This document shows, piece by piece, positions 26,852 through 36,909 of a DNA stretch of 64,000 bases; the first letter of the stretch is position 1, and every line of letters starts with the position of its first letter. A program made the translations under genes and the position numbers. Source of the DNA: Abditibacterium sp. (GTDB lineage: Bacteria > Armatimonadota > Abditibacteriia > Abditibacteriales > Abditibacteriaceae); assembly GCA_965246885.1 (NCBI GenBank), contig OZ251992.1, forward strand, positions 1,120,001-1,184,000, in the 5' to 3' direction. The notes beneath the pieces are model-generated. The model searched no databases, was not told the DNA's origin, and was given only the letters and a program-made list of their open reading frames with translations.

Positions 26852-27757
26852 ATGAATCAAACGCTTCGAGATGGCCTCCGAACCCGCCACGTGCGCCTTG
26901 GCCTGCCCAAAGGCTCCCTCCAAGAGGCCACGCTGCGCATGATGCGCCGCGCGGGGTGGAACATCTCGGTTTCCGAGCGCTCCTACTTCCCGTCCGTCAA
27001 CGACGACGACCTCGAAATCGTCCTCCTGCGCGCGCAAGAAATCCCGCGCTACGTCGCCGAGGGCGTCCTCGACGCGGGCATCACCGGCTACGACAACGTC
27101 CTCGAAAACGAAGTGGACGTGCACGAAGTCTGCGAACTCATCTACTCCAAAGCCACCAGCAAGCCGTATCGCTGGGTGTTGGCCGTCCCGCGCGGCTCCG
27201 AAATTAAGTCCGTCAAAGACCTCGAAGGTAAGCGCATCGCCACCGAACTCGTCACCGTCACGCGCCGCTACCTCGAAGCGCACGGCGTCCATGCCGAGGT
27301 CGAGTTCTCGTGGGGCGCGACCGAAGTCAAAGTCCCCGCCCTCGTGGACGCCATCGTCGAAGGCACGGAAACCGGCACCACGCTCCGCGCGCACGGCCTC
27401 GAAATCATAGACGAACTCCTTGCTTCCACCACGCGCCTCATCGCCAATCACGCCTCGTGGGGCGACGAGTGGAAGCGCGCCAAGTTGGACGGCATGGCCA
27501 CCCTGCTTCAAGGTGCCATGCGCGCCGATGGGAAAGTCGGCCTCAAAATGAACGCCCCGCGCGCCACTTTGGGCGAGATTCTCTCGCTCCTGCCTTCCAT
27601 GCGTGCCCCCACTGTCACGCCCCTCGCTGACGACGCCGAGTGGGTCGCCCTCGAAGTCGTCGCCGACGAAATCCACGTGCGCGACCTCATCCCGCACCTG
27701 ATGAGTCACGGCGCCGCCGCCATCATCGAATACCCCCTCAACAAGGTCATCCCCTGA
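26852..27757 (+). CDS. hisG: ATP phosphoribosyltransferase (long form)
   Basis: [28 protein letters not shown]-terminal regulatory domain ending [11 protein letters not shown]. Confidence 0.95.
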   Translation: MNQTLRDGLRTRHVRLGLPKGSLQEATLRMMRRAGWNISVSERSYFPSVNDDDLEIVLLRAQEIPRYVAEGVLDAGITGYDNVLENEVDVHEVCELIYSKATSKPYRWVLAVPRGSEIKSVKDLEGKRIATELVTVTRRYLEAHGVHAEVEFSWGATEVKVPALVDAIVEGTETGTTLRAHGLEIIDELLASTTRLIANHASWGDEWKRAKLDGMATLLQGAMRADGKVGLKMNAPRATLGEILSLLPSMRAPTVTPLADDAEWVALEVVADEIHVRDLIPHLMSHGAAAIIEYPLNKVIP

Positions 27758-27797
27758 GGAAGCAAGAACCGCGAAGCCATCTGCTACGCCCGGAGCG

Positions 27798-28250
27798 TCA
27801 AGAATCCCACTCGTGTGAGCGGCATAGCAAGTGCCCCTGCGGGCATTTGAGCAGACGCCCGCCTTCTGCCGCCAAGTCTGCGCCGACCGACCACTGCTCG
27901 CTCGTGCAGTCTGAGAAGTTCCAGCGCGCCTCGCACCCCGGGCAGAACACGCCACCCCATGAGCCGTCGAAGACCAACCCATCTACCAGCCACCAGATGC
28001 GGTCGCTGTCACTCGTCTCCCAAGGCGTCAACTCTTCGGGCAACGTTTGCAGTTCGTCCGCGAGCGTGTGCATCTTCTGCCAGAGCGCGCGTTGCGCTCG
28101 ATTATGCACTGCGGGATGGTCATCATACCACCGAATATGGAGTTGCACCCGCGCCTGAAGAGCTTCGACGTGAAAATCGAAAACGCCCAACGGCACGACG
28201 CTGACCCAACTCGGCGGGAACTTCCACACCTGATAGCGGATGAGCTTCAC
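27798..28250 (-). CDS. Hypothetical protein with a possible Zn-binding CxxC...CxxGH motif
   Basis: ORF fills the gap between hisG and the epimerase; FCPGC and KCPQGH; TAACCT 7 nt before GTG. Confidence 0.6.
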   Translation of the reverse strand: MKLIRYQVWKFPPSWVSVVPLGVFDFHVEALQARVQLHIRWYDDHPAVHNRAQRALWQKMHTLADELQTLPEELTPWETSDSDRIWWLVDGLVFDGSWGGVFCPGCEARWNFSDCTSEQWSVGADLAAEGGRLLKCPQGHLLCRSHEWDS

Positions 28251-28275
28251 GCATTAGAGGTTACAATTCCCTCTT

Positions 28276-29067
28276 GTGAAATTTGGCATTTGCACCGCTC
28301 CCGGCGCGCTCGGCGACCCGGCCCGCTTACTGGACGCCCTCGCCGAAGCGGGCGCCGATTACGTCGAGTGGACGGTCGGCAGCATTATGGCGAGCGAGGG
28401 CGAGTTCGAGCGGCTACGCTCCCTCGCCGAGTCTGCGCCCATCAAGCCCGAAGCGTTTTGCGTCTTCTTGCCGCCGCACCATCGCATCACCGGGCCAAGC
28501 GTCAACCTCGGCGCCGTCCTTGACTACGCGGGCGAAGCGCTGCGGCGCATCGGCATCATCGGCGGGGAAATTGTCGTCTTAGGTTCGGGCGCGGCGCGCA
28601 AAGTTCCCCTTGGCTTTCCGATGGACGAAGCGCAGCGCCAGTTCGTCGCCTTTGCGCGCGAACTCGCCCCCATCGCCCACGCGAACGGCGTCACCGTCGC
28701 GGTCGAGCCGCTCAACGCGGGTGAAGACAACCTCATCACTTCTGTCGCGGACGGCGCCGCGCTCGTGCGCGAGGTGAACCAGCCCGCCATCCGCCTGCTC
28801 GCCGATTTCTACCACATGAACGAGGAAGGCGAGGGCGTGCAAGCCATCCTTGATGCGGGCGAACTGCTTGTCCACACCCACGTCGCCGACACGAATCGCG
28901 TCGCGCCCGGCTTGACCAAGGAGAATGGCGCCGACTTCGGCGCGTTCTTTGGCGCCTTACGAAGCGTTGGCTACGATGCGCGTTGCTCGTTCGAGGGCAA
29001 AAGCGACGACCTCGCCCACCAAGCCAAACCGCTCTTGGCGTACCTACGCCGCGCCGCTTCTGGGTAA
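28276..29067 (+). CDS. Sugar phosphate isomerase/epimerase (xylose isomerase-like TIM barrel)
   Basis: AVEPLN, LADFYHM, HTHVAD..RVAPG, CSFE. Confidence 0.88.
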   Translation: MKFGICTAPGALGDPARLLDALAEAGADYVEWTVGSIMASEGEFERLRSLAESAPIKPEAFCVFLPPHHRITGPSVNLGAVLDYAGEALRRIGIIGGEIVVLGSGAARKVPLGFPMDEAQRQFVAFARELAPIAHANGVTVAVEPLNAGEDNLITSVADGAALVREVNQPAIRLLADFYHMNEEGEGVQAILDAGELLVHTHVADTNRVAPGLTKENGADFGAFFGALRSVGYDARCSFEGKSDDLAHQAKPLLAYLRRAASG

Positions 29068-29120
29068 AAGGGGATTCCCTGAGTGAGTGCGGAACGGGCT
29101 TTGCATGAGAGGGCGGCCCT

Positions 29121-29648
29121 ATGGGTTATTTCAAAGGTTTACTCACGGGCGCCGTCGTTGGCGCCGTTGGAGCGTTGCTCCTTACTCCCAAGCGCGGCGA
29201 TGAATGGCGCGCCACGCTTAAAGACCGCACCGACAAAGTCAAAGATCGCGCCACCAACATCGGCTCTGCCGTGACCGACGCTGCCACCGACGTTAAAGCG
29301 CAAGGCGCCGACCTCATCGGAGCCGTCGCTGGCACTGTCGCCGAGAAGGGCGCCAAAATCGGCGAAAGCGTCGGCAAAGTCGCCGACGTGGTGAAGACCG
29401 AAGTCGCGGGCGCGACCGAAGACGCCAAGTCCGACGCCGCCAAAGCGGGCGATGTTGCCCAAACCGCCGCCGCGCAGGTCTCCGACGCCGCCAACTCCGC
29501 CAAAGATGCAGCCACTACTGCCGCCGCCAGCGCCAAGGAAACGGCGAAGAACGCCGCCGCCACCGTCCAAGAAAAAGCCGACGAAGTCAAGCTCCAAGCC
29601 CACCTCGCCGCAATGGAAGTCCAGCACAAATCCTCCGAGCAGGTCTAA
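29121..29648 (+). CDS. YtxH-domain / LEA-like general stress protein
   Basis: GLLTGAVVGAVGALLLTPKRGDEWR followed by Ala/Lys/Asp/Thr-rich amphipathic repeats. Confidence 0.85.
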   Translation: MGYFKGLLTGAVVGAVGALLLTPKRGDEWRATLKDRTDKVKDRATNIGSAVTDAATDVKAQGADLIGAVAGTVAEKGAKIGESVGKVADVVKTEVAGATEDAKSDAAKAGDVAQTAAAQVSDAANSAKDAATTAAASAKETAKNAAATVQEKADEVKLQAHLAAMEVQHKSSEQV

Positions 29649-29663
29649 TCCGCCAAAGGAAAG

Positions 29664-29699
29664 AGCGCCCGCCAGAGTTCTGGCGGGCGCTTTGTGTTT
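29664..29699. terminator. Intrinsic terminator between convergent genes
   Basis: AGCGCCCGCCAGA-GT-TCTGGCGGGCGCT followed by TTGTGTTT. Confidence 0.8.
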
Positions 29700-30082
29700 C
29701 AAGAGCTTGGCTCTCGCTTTTCTCCCTCGAACCGCCCTCCGTAAAACGCCGCGACAACTTCGATTGGGCCGACGATGTGCGCGTTGAACTCCGCCATGTC
29801 TTCGGCGGGCACCCACAGTTCGTCGTGCCGCCCGCGCGTGCCGACGGTTTGGACGGGGAAGCGGGCGGCGTAGTCGTCGCTTATCTCGAAGCGCGTCACA
29901 AACCCGGCGAAGCCCGAAACGGGGTCTTTGGTGTTCCAGTCGCGCGCGATTTGCGCGGCGTAGTCGAAGTTCAGCACGGGGTAGAAAATCGGTTGTATCT
30001 CCAAGCGCGGCGGAAACGCGCGCATCCGCGCCTCCTCAATGAGGCGCAATTCGGCTACGCCAACGGGCCGGAATAAAGTCAT
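29699..30082 (-). CDS. Small conserved protein (family often labelled ADP-ribosylation/crystallin J1-associated)
   Basis: LFRPVG..EL, FPPRL..QPIFYPVLN..YA.QIARDWN, ELWVPAE..EFN.HIVG.IEV. Confidence 0.75.
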   Translation of the reverse strand: MTLFRPVGVAELRLIEEARMRAFPPRLEIQPIFYPVLNFDYAAQIARDWNTKDPVSGFAGFVTRFEISDDYAARFPVQTVGTRGRHDELWVPAEDMAEFNAHIVGPIEVVAAFYGGRFEGEKREPSS

Positions 30083-30086
30083 GGGC

Positions 30087-31607
30087 TTAGTTTCCCTCGA
30101 CGGTGAGTAACTGCGACGGCGAGCGGAGGACGATCTCGCCACGCCCTTCGTGCGGCATGATGGTACCCGACACGTAGACCTTGCGTCCGATGAGGTTTTG
30201 CAGATTCGGGAAGCGCGACAGCGCTGACGGGAAGAGGATGGCGCGGTCGGCGGTGGCGCGGTCGGCGGCGAAGTCGAGCGAGAGTTTGGCGCCGCCCATC
30301 GTTTCGCGCACGTCCGAGACGGTGCCCACAAAAGCGCCCGGTTTCATCCACAGCTTCTTGGCGCCCTTCAAATCGGTGGCGACGAGCGCGGTTTGGAGGC
30401 GCGGGTCGCCCGTTTTGATGGTGCCAAACTGCGCGGAGGAAGCGACGGCGGCTTGCTTGACGCGCAAATTGGCCACGCCCGGAAACCAACCGCGATACGC
30501 GCCGACCGTGCCGAGCAGAAGCGCCCACGCGCCCAACGCCGCGCCGATGAGCAAACCGGACGCGAGTTTGGAACGCGCCGCAGGGCGCCTGACCTTGGCT
30601 CCTCGGCGCCGCGCGAGAAGCGCCGCAACCCCGGCGACCAGAGCGCTTACAAGGATGAAACCGCCCAGCGCCAAGCCGTCCGCCGCGAGCCGCCCTTGCC
30701 ACTCCCGGCGCGCTTGAAGGTGCGTTTGCTGCGAGGCGCGGTCGCGCGACTCTTGCAAAAGCGCCGCTTTGTCGAGCGGGAGGGGTACGCCCATCGGGTA
30801 GTAGACCGGTTGGCTTTGACCCGCGCGATAATCAAGGAGCGGGACGTTCGGGTAAAGCGACCCCGGCGCCGCACGAAGCGAGGGCACCCACATCGAAGCG
30901 GGCAGGGGGCCAAACTTCGCGGATGTGATGACATACGAATCGCTGAGCGCCCCGCGCGCGTCGGGGTAATGGTAAGTCGAGGAAGCGGCAATCGCCCCGC
31001 CCGCAAGGGCGCCCGACGTTTGCCAGAACGCGCGCGGCTGGCCGTTTGGCTCGAACACCTGAATCGTGCGCGCCAGAAATTGGGCGCGCGGATCAACGCT
31101 CGCCACGACGCGCCGCCCATCACTACGCATTCCGACGACGCGCAAATTGCCGCCCGCTTCGGGCGCAATCGAGAGCGGGCTGAGCCGCGACAAGCCGCGT
31201 CCCATGAGGTAGCACGGCTCTGGCACGAGGCCGAGGATGTCTTCTTGCCCCTTCAGGCCGGGGATGATCGGCGGTTGCAACCCCAGCGTCACCATACGCA
31301 CGCCCAACCTCACGTTGCGTAGCGAGACTATCCAGTAATCCTGCCCGTCGAACGAGCGCGTCGTCGGCCCCATGACGCGAGAGGTTTGCGTGTCGGCGAA
31401 GCAGCCACCGGGCGCGTAGGCATACGTTTCCGTCATTCCCGAAACTCCCTGCCGCCCGTTCGTGCGCGCCACGTTCAACCGTCCGCTTTCGATGGCTTTG
31501 TCGGCGGCAACCAGCGCCCGCCACGCCGGGTCACGCTCCACTTGCGCCCGCGCCGGAACGACCGCCGCGAGCGCGCAAAGAATGCATAAAAGAAAGTTGC
31601 GTCGCAT
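30087..31607 (-). CDS. Exported/membrane hypothetical protein with a C-terminal OB-fold-like domain
   Basis: Signal peptide (ARA-Q), two internal TMs, LIGRKVYVSGTI...EIVLRSPSQL. Confidence 0.65.
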   Translation of the reverse strand: MRRNFLLCILCALAAVVPARAQVERDPAWRALVAADKAIESGRLNVARTNGRQGVSGMTETYAYAPGGCFADTQTSRVMGPTTRSFDGQDYWIVSLRNVRLGVRMVTLGLQPPIIPGLKGQEDILGLVPEPCYLMGRGLSRLSPLSIAPEAGGNLRVVGMRSDGRRVVASVDPRAQFLARTIQVFEPNGQPRAFWQTSGALAGGAIAASSTYHYPDARGALSDSYVITSAKFGPLPASMWVPSLRAAPGSLYPNVPLLDYRAGQSQPVYYPMGVPLPLDKAALLQESRDRASQQTHLQARREWQGRLAADGLALGGFILVSALVAGVAALLARRRGAKVRRPAARSKLASGLLIGAALGAWALLLGTVGAYRGWFPGVANLRVKQAAVASSAQFGTIKTGDPRLQTALVATDLKGAKKLWMKPGAFVGTVSDVRETMGGAKLSLDFAADRATADRAILFPSALSRFPNLQNLIGRKVYVSGTIMPHEGRGEIVLRSPSQLLTVEGN

Positions 31608-31669
31608 GGCGGCAGTGAATCACAACCGGCGGGGGTCTATGTTAAGAGCGTTTTAATCGCCGAGAAGCA

Positions 31670-34261
31670 TCACACCACCACATTCACCATCCGCCCCGGC
31701 ACGACGACGACCTTCTTGGGGGCGCGGCCTTCCAAGAAGGGCAGGACTTCCTCGCTCGACAGGGCGAGTTGTTCCAATTCGGCGGGCAAAATGTCGGCGG
31801 GGACGGACAGACGCGCGCGCAGTTTGCCGTTGACTTGGACGGGAATGGTGATTTCTTCCTCGCGCGCGACTTCCGCGTCGAATTGCGGCCAAGGCATCTC
31901 GTAGAACGAGCGCGAGAAGCCGAGTTGCTCGCCCAATTCGTCGGCCAAGTGGGGGGCAAACGGACTGAGGACGAGCAAGAGGGATTCGATGGCTTCCGAA
32001 AAAACGGCGCCTGAACCCCCCAGTGTTTTGCGCCACTCTTCGAGCGCGTTCAGGTGTTGCATGAGCGCCGAAATCGCGGTGTTCATTTGGAACTTCTCGA
32101 TGTCGGAGCCAATCTTCTGGATCGTTTGGTGCGTGCGGCGGCGCAGAATTCGGTCGGCGTCGCTCATGTTATCGCCCACATGGGTGCGCCAATCCGCTTG
32201 AAAGGGCTGGCTTGCGGCGACGCGCCAGACGCGCTCCAAAAAGCGGAACTGGCCCGCGAAGGTGTCTTCCGATTGCGCCGTCCATTCGGCATCCTGCGCG
32301 GCTGGCCCCATGAACAGCGTCATCATCCGTGTCGCGTCGGCGCCAAAGCGGGCGACTGCGTCGTCCAAAGCGACGATGTTGCCCTTGGATTTGCTCATCT
32401 TCTCGACTTTTCCGGTCTTTTCGGAGAACATCGTCACCATTCCCTGCGTGAACAAGCGCGGAAATGGCTCTTGAACCGGGCAAAGTCCCAAGTCAAACAG
32501 CACTTTGGTGAAAAAGCGGGCGTAAATCAGGTGCATCGTGGCGTGTTCGACGCCGCCGACGTATTGATCAACGGGCATCCAGTGCGCCACTTCTTCGGGG
32601 CGAAACGGGCCATCGGCGAAATCGGGCGAGCAGTAGCGCAGGAAATACCAACTCGAATCCACGAAGGTGTCCATCGTGTCCGTTTCGCGCCGCGCGGGGT
32701 TGCTGTCGCTGTCAACGGTGTTGACGAACGAAGCCGACTGCGCGAGCGGGTTGCCGCCCTCGCCGGAAAAAGTGATGTCGGTCGGGTGCATGACGGGCAA
32801 CTGCTCCACCGGGACGGTCTCCATCGTGCCATCGGCGCGGTAAACGATGGGAATCGGGCACCCCCAATAACGCTGGCGCGACAAGCACCAATCGCGCAGC
32901 TTGAAGTTGACCGCCCGCGCGCCGATGCCCTTCGCTTCCATGAAGTCGGCGATTTTCTCGCGCGCGGCGGCGGGCGCCTGACCGTTGAACTGACCGGAGT
33001 TGACGAGCGTTCCGGCCTCTTTGTCGGTGTAGGCGCCTTCCCGCAAAGCCTGCGCGGGCGCAAAGTGGTTGCGTTTGTATTCCTCAAATGATGGATTCTC
33101 GGAGTCCGCGAAATCTGAGACCAATAAAACTTCCGCGCCCTCAGCAACGCCTCCAACCTCCCCTTGGGCGACCACTTGCTTTATCGGCAAATCGTATTTG
33201 CGGGCGAACTCGAAGTCGCGCTCGTCGTGCGCAGGGACGGCCATGACCGCGCCACTGCCGTAATCGGACAGGACGTAGTTGGCAATCCAAATCGGCACCT
33301 GTTCCCCGGTCATCGGATTGGTGCAGTAAGCGCCGCAAAATAGACCCTCTTTGGGGATCTCGACGGAGCGGTCGCGTTGCTCGTCTTTTTGGCGCGCGGC
33401 GCGGTCGGCGAATTCGCGCGCCGGGGTCTCCCATTCCGTCCCCGCCGTCAGCTTGCCGACTAACTCGTGATCCGGCGCCAGCACGAGATACGTCACGCCG
33501 AAGACGGTGTCCACGCGCGTGGTGAAGACCTCGATTGCGTCGTCCGCCCCCACCACCTTGAAACGGAAAGTCACGCCCTCGGAGCGGCCAATCCACGCTT
33601 GCTGCATCTTCACCACGCGCTCCGGCCAGTCGGAGAGAGTATCCAAATCGTCCAGCAAACGTTGGGCATAAGCGGTCGTTTTGAAGAACCACTGCGTGAG
33701 CGCCTTTTGCTCGACGAGCGTGCCGCAACGGTCACAACGTCCGTCCTTGACTTGCTCGTTTGCTAAGACGGTTTGGTCGTTCGGACACCAGTTGACGTTG
33801 GCCGCGCGGCGCTCGGCCAAGCCCGCGTTGAAGAACTGGATGAACAGCCACTGCGTCCATTTGTAGTAGTCGGGGCGGCAGGTGGTCACTTCGCGCGCCC
33901 AGTCGAAGGCGATGCCTAACTTGTCGAACTGCTCGTGCATCTGCTCGATGCAGCGTTCCGTCCACTGCGCGGGGTGGACGCCGTTCTTAATCGCCGCGTT
34001 TTCGGCGGGCAGGCCGAAAGCGTCCCACCCCATCGGATGCAGGACGTTAAAGCCGTTCATCACGCGGTAGCGCGCGACGGCATCGCCAATGGCGTAGTTG
34101 CGCACGTGGCCAACGTGTAGCGCCCCGGACGGGTAGGGGAACATATCGAGGTAGTAGAACTTGGGCTTGGCGGGGTCGGTTTGCGTGGCGAACAGGCCCG
34201 CCGCGCGCCAGCGCGCTTGCCACTTGGCTTCGATGTCTTGAGGATGGTAACGGTCGGTCAT
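31670..34261 (-). CDS. leuS: Leucine--tRNA ligase
   Basis: [20 protein letters not shown] editing domain, [16 protein letters not shown]. Confidence 0.98.
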   Translation of the reverse strand: MTDRYHPQDIEAKWQARWRAAGLFATQTDPAKPKFYYLDMFPYPSGALHVGHVRNYAIGDAVARYRVMNGFNVLHPMGWDAFGLPAENAAIKNGVHPAQWTERCIEQMHEQFDKLGIAFDWAREVTTCRPDYYKWTQWLFIQFFNAGLAERRAANVNWCPNDQTVLANEQVKDGRCDRCGTLVEQKALTQWFFKTTAYAQRLLDDLDTLSDWPERVVKMQQAWIGRSEGVTFRFKVVGADDAIEVFTTRVDTVFGVTYLVLAPDHELVGKLTAGTEWETPAREFADRAARQKDEQRDRSVEIPKEGLFCGAYCTNPMTGEQVPIWIANYVLSDYGSGAVMAVPAHDERDFEFARKYDLPIKQVVAQGEVGGVAEGAEVLLVSDFADSENPSFEEYKRNHFAPAQALREGAYTDKEAGTLVNSGQFNGQAPAAAREKIADFMEAKGIGARAVNFKLRDWCLSRQRYWGCPIPIVYRADGTMETVPVEQLPVMHPTDITFSGEGGNPLAQSASFVNTVDSDSNPARRETDTMDTFVDSSWYFLRYCSPDFADGPFRPEEVAHWMPVDQYVGGVEHATMHLIYARFFTKVLFDLGLCPVQEPFPRLFTQGMVTMFSEKTGKVEKMSKSKGNIVALDDAVARFGADATRMMTLFMGPAAQDAEWTAQSEDTFAGQFRFLERVWRVAASQPFQADWRTHVGDNMSDADRILRRRTHQTIQKIGSDIEKFQMNTAISALMQHLNALEEWRKTLGGSGAVFSEAIESLLLVLSPFAPHLADELGEQLGFSRSFYEMPWPQFDAEVAREEEITIPVQVNGKLRARLSVPADILPAELEQLALSSEEVLPFLEGRAPKKVVVVPGRMVNVVV

Positions 34262-34288
34262 GGTTGTATTAGCGCGCTCGGCGGCGCC

Positions 34289-35194
34289 CTACTTGTGGGG
34301 CAGCATCGCCGTCAGGCCGAAGTAGAGGGCGATGGTGAGTATCACGACGAACACCCCGGCGTAAAGCAGCGCGAAGCGTTCGTCGCGGGTGAAGGTAAAG
34401 TATCGGAGGTTCGGCAGCACGGCTCCCAAGCCGATAAACAACAGGCCGGGAAGCGCGGGCACGAAAGGAAGAAGCGTAATAGCGAGCAGGGCGGCGCAAA
34501 TCCCCGCGCCCATCCACCACGCCGACGCGCGCCAGTTCATGCCAAAGCGCACCAGCAAGCCCAGAAACAGCGCGAGAAACAGATAATCGCCCAGCCCGAC
34601 ATCCGGAAGCGCGAGGCCGAACTTCGCTCCTGCCGCGCCCAGTTTCGGCCCGCTCGCCATCGCTGCATGAGCGAGGCCCTTGGTCGCCTTGTTGGTCAGT
34701 AGCTGCGACACAATGCCGCCGAACAAGACGCCCCAAATATCTATGAGAGCCACCATTACCCCGATGGGGCCAATCATGTTCGCGTGGCGAATCAGCCGCG
34801 ATACGAGCAGGCCAAAGAACGTCGCCAACAAGAGTAGCGCGAGGCTGTGCGCCGGAGCCGCGAGCCGCGAGTGAAGCGCACCGCGTTCGATGGCCTTGTA
34901 GATAATGGCGCTGAGCGCGCAACCTGCGAGAACCACCGGCAAGGCGAACCGTTGCCGCGCCATGCCAAGCGAGAACAGCACCACACCCGCCACATAAAGC
35001 ACCGTTAAGAGGACAACGCCCACCACCGCCGCTCCCAAGCTCGACACCGGCATAAGCGGCGCCCCGAATTGGATAAGAGCCAGCAACGCGAGTGGCCCCA
35101 GCCACAACTTCGCGTCCGGCGTCGGCGAGTCATCGGGGACGGCGACGGGCGTCGCGCCAACGGGGGCGGCAATAGGAGGCGAAATGGGTTTCAC
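34289..35194 (-). CDS. Presenilin/signal-peptide-peptidase-like GxGD intramembrane aspartyl protease candidate
   Basis: About 9 TMs; ALIDIWGV, VGLGDYLF and VPALPG in the same order as the A22 YD / GLGD / PALP motifs. Confidence 0.7.
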   Translation of the reverse strand: MKPISPPIAAPVGATPVAVPDDSPTPDAKLWLGPLALLALIQFGAPLMPVSSLGAAVVGVVLLTVLYVAGVVLFSLGMARQRFALPVVLAGCALSAIIYKAIERGALHSRLAAPAHSLALLLLATFFGLLVSRLIRHANMIGPIGVMVALIDIWGVLFGGIVSQLLTNKATKGLAHAAMASGPKLGAAGAKFGLALPDVGLGDYLFLALFLGLLVRFGMNWRASAWWMGAGICAALLAITLLPFVPALPGLLFIGLGAVLPNLRYFTFTRDERFALLYAGVFVVILTIALYFGLTAMLPHK

Positions 35195-35209
35195 AGGGAG
35201 TCCAAACGG

Positions 35210-35935
35210 CTAAAGCCGCGCCAAAAGCGGCGCGCTGTCGCAGTAGTCCAACAAATTCCAGAACGGCGGGAGCATTATGGCTTCCGCCGTCGCGCCTATT
35301 TTGTCGGCGAGCGCGCGCATTGGAGGCGCGACTTCCGGCTTCGGGCCGACTTGAATCACCCTCGCGGGCGCCGTGACGGGCGTTGCACTCTTCACTAAGT
35401 CCAGCGCGTGGAAGTCGCTTTTCATGCGCTCCCCAAGCGGCCAGCCGTCCAAGTCGTCCGCCACCCCCTCCGCTTCGCCGGTTAGCTGCGCGCGGATTTT
35501 CTGGCGCATCAGTTGTTGCGCCAAAAACGAGCGCCCTGACAGGAGCGGTTCTATCAATATCACCGCCGCCACATCGGGCCGCGCCGCCGCTCCAAGGCAT
35601 AAGCTCGCCCCCAAACGGACTCCGAGGAGCGCGACTTCCGCATCCGGCGCGCGGCGCTGAACTTCTTTGATGGCGCTTCGCAAGTCCGCGCGCCAGTCGT
35701 CCAAGCCCAGAGCCGCGAAGTCGCCACCGGAATCGCCACATCCCCGAAAGGAGAAGATTAAACTCGCTTCGCCGCGCGCGGCGAAGTGACGGGCGATGTC
35801 TGTGAGCGTCCGCCGCGCGGACTTTTCCTCTTCGGCAAAAGGCGGGGCAATCACCCAAACGCGCTTGGCCGTCTGGTCGCCGCGCCAGACGCCGAGCAGA
35901 CCCTCGCCGAAGAAGAACGGAAGGGGGGCGCTCAC
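35210..35935 (-). CDS. Alpha/beta hydrolase resembling exosortase-A-associated hydrolase 2 (nucleophile Ser replaced by Arg)
   Basis: PPFAEEEKSARR, FRGCGDSGGDF, LLGVRLGA, PPFW. Confidence 0.8.
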   Translation of the reverse strand: MSAPLPFFFGEGLLGVWRGDQTAKRVWVIAPPFAEEEKSARRTLTDIARHFAARGEASLIFSFRGCGDSGGDFAALGLDDWRADLRSAIKEVQRRAPDAEVALLGVRLGASLCLGAAARPDVAAVILIEPLLSGRSFLAQQLMRQKIRAQLTGEAEGVADDLDGWPLGERMKSDFHALDLVKSATPVTAPARVIQVGPKPEVAPPMRALADKIGATAEAIMLPPFWNLLDYCDSAPLLARL

Positions 35936-36180
35936 GGCTTGGTTTTCGACTCGACCAAAGCCGCGATGGTGTTGACCGACCGGAACGATTCGACGGAAAA
36001 GTTGGCGTCGTCCATCGGGATGTTGAACTCCTCCTCCAAGCCAACCGCCAATTCAAAAAGGGCGACGGAATCCACGCCGTGCGCTTCCATGAGCGGCTCG
36101 TCGTCGCCGATTTGCGAGGGCTGCACCGGCAGGAACAGCCGCTCCACGATCATTTGCTTAATGCGTTGTTTGATGTCCAT
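35932..36180 (-). CDS. Acyl carrier protein
   Basis: 82 aa, acidic; GVDSVALFELAVGLEEEFNI phosphopantetheine motif; FRSVNTIA. Confidence 0.9.
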   Translation of the reverse strand: MDIKQRIKQMIVERLFLPVQPSQIGDDEPLMEAHGVDSVALFELAVGLEEEFNIPMDDANFSVESFRSVNTIAALVESKTKP

Positions 36181-36186
36181 AAGAGT

Positions 36187-36909
36187 TCACCCGCGCAGGG
36201 TAGGGATGAGCGTGAGGGCGCAAACCAGCGTCCAAACCAACCCCATCAAGTATCCGCCTATCACATCGGACGGGAAATGCACGCCCATATACACGCGCGA
36301 CAACCCCGTAAAGCCGACGGTCACTATCGCAAGGAGCAACGCCAACGCCAAGAGCGGCGTTCCCCACCCCGCGACGGCACCCGCAATGGCGAGCGGAAAC
36401 CAAAAGCAGAAACTGGTGAGGGAGTGCCCCGACGGAAAGGAGCCGTCGCGCATCTTGAAGCCGAAAGCTCCCGGATCGCGCGGCGGGCGCACCCGCTTGA
36501 TGACGCGCTTGGAGACATACGACTGCGCCATTGAGCCAAGGTAAACCACGCCCGGAAAATACCACAGCGCCGGGTGCGTTTGCCCCGAAGCGTGCGCCCA
36601 CACCGCGAGCGCAAGTGACAGGGCGCACAGCGAGGGGGCTGACGCGAAGTTCGTCCAAAAGCGCATGAACCAAGTCCGCGCGTGCCGCTCCGACCCCAAC
36701 TCGCCGCGCCTGCGAAAGCGTTTCGAGAGCGCCCAAGAGCGCAGACGCTCGTCGAGGCGCAGAATATGCGGGCGCAAATGCCCACGCACCCGCCCGCCGA
36801 CCGCTAACTCCGCGCCTAACACCGCCACCCAAGACAAGGCGAACACCAAGGCAAAGCGCGGTAGGACGCTCATAAACTCATGAAGGAAATCGGAAAAAGC
36901 CTTGCTCAT
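36187..36909 (-). CDS. PAP2 family membrane phosphatase
   Basis: KRVIKRVRP, SFPSGHS, SRVYMGVHFPSDVIGG. Confidence 0.92.
   Translation of the reverse strand: MSKAFSDFLHEFMSVLPRFALVFALSWVAVLGAELAVGGRVRGHLRPHILRLDERLRSWALSKRFRRRGELGSERHARTWFMRFWTNFASAPSLCALSLALAVWAHASGQTHPALWYFPGVVYLGSMAQSYVSKRVIKRVRPPRDPGAFGFKMRDGSFPSGHSLTSFCFWFPLAIAGAVAGWGTPLLALALLLAIVTVGFTGLSRVYMGVHFPSDVIGGYLMGLVWTLVCALTLIPTLRG

Noticed and set aside
34289..35194. Prepilin peptidase PilD
   Set aside because: No N-terminal Cys-rich methylase domain, a long loop between the Asp motifs, and a PALP motif point to A22 rather than A24
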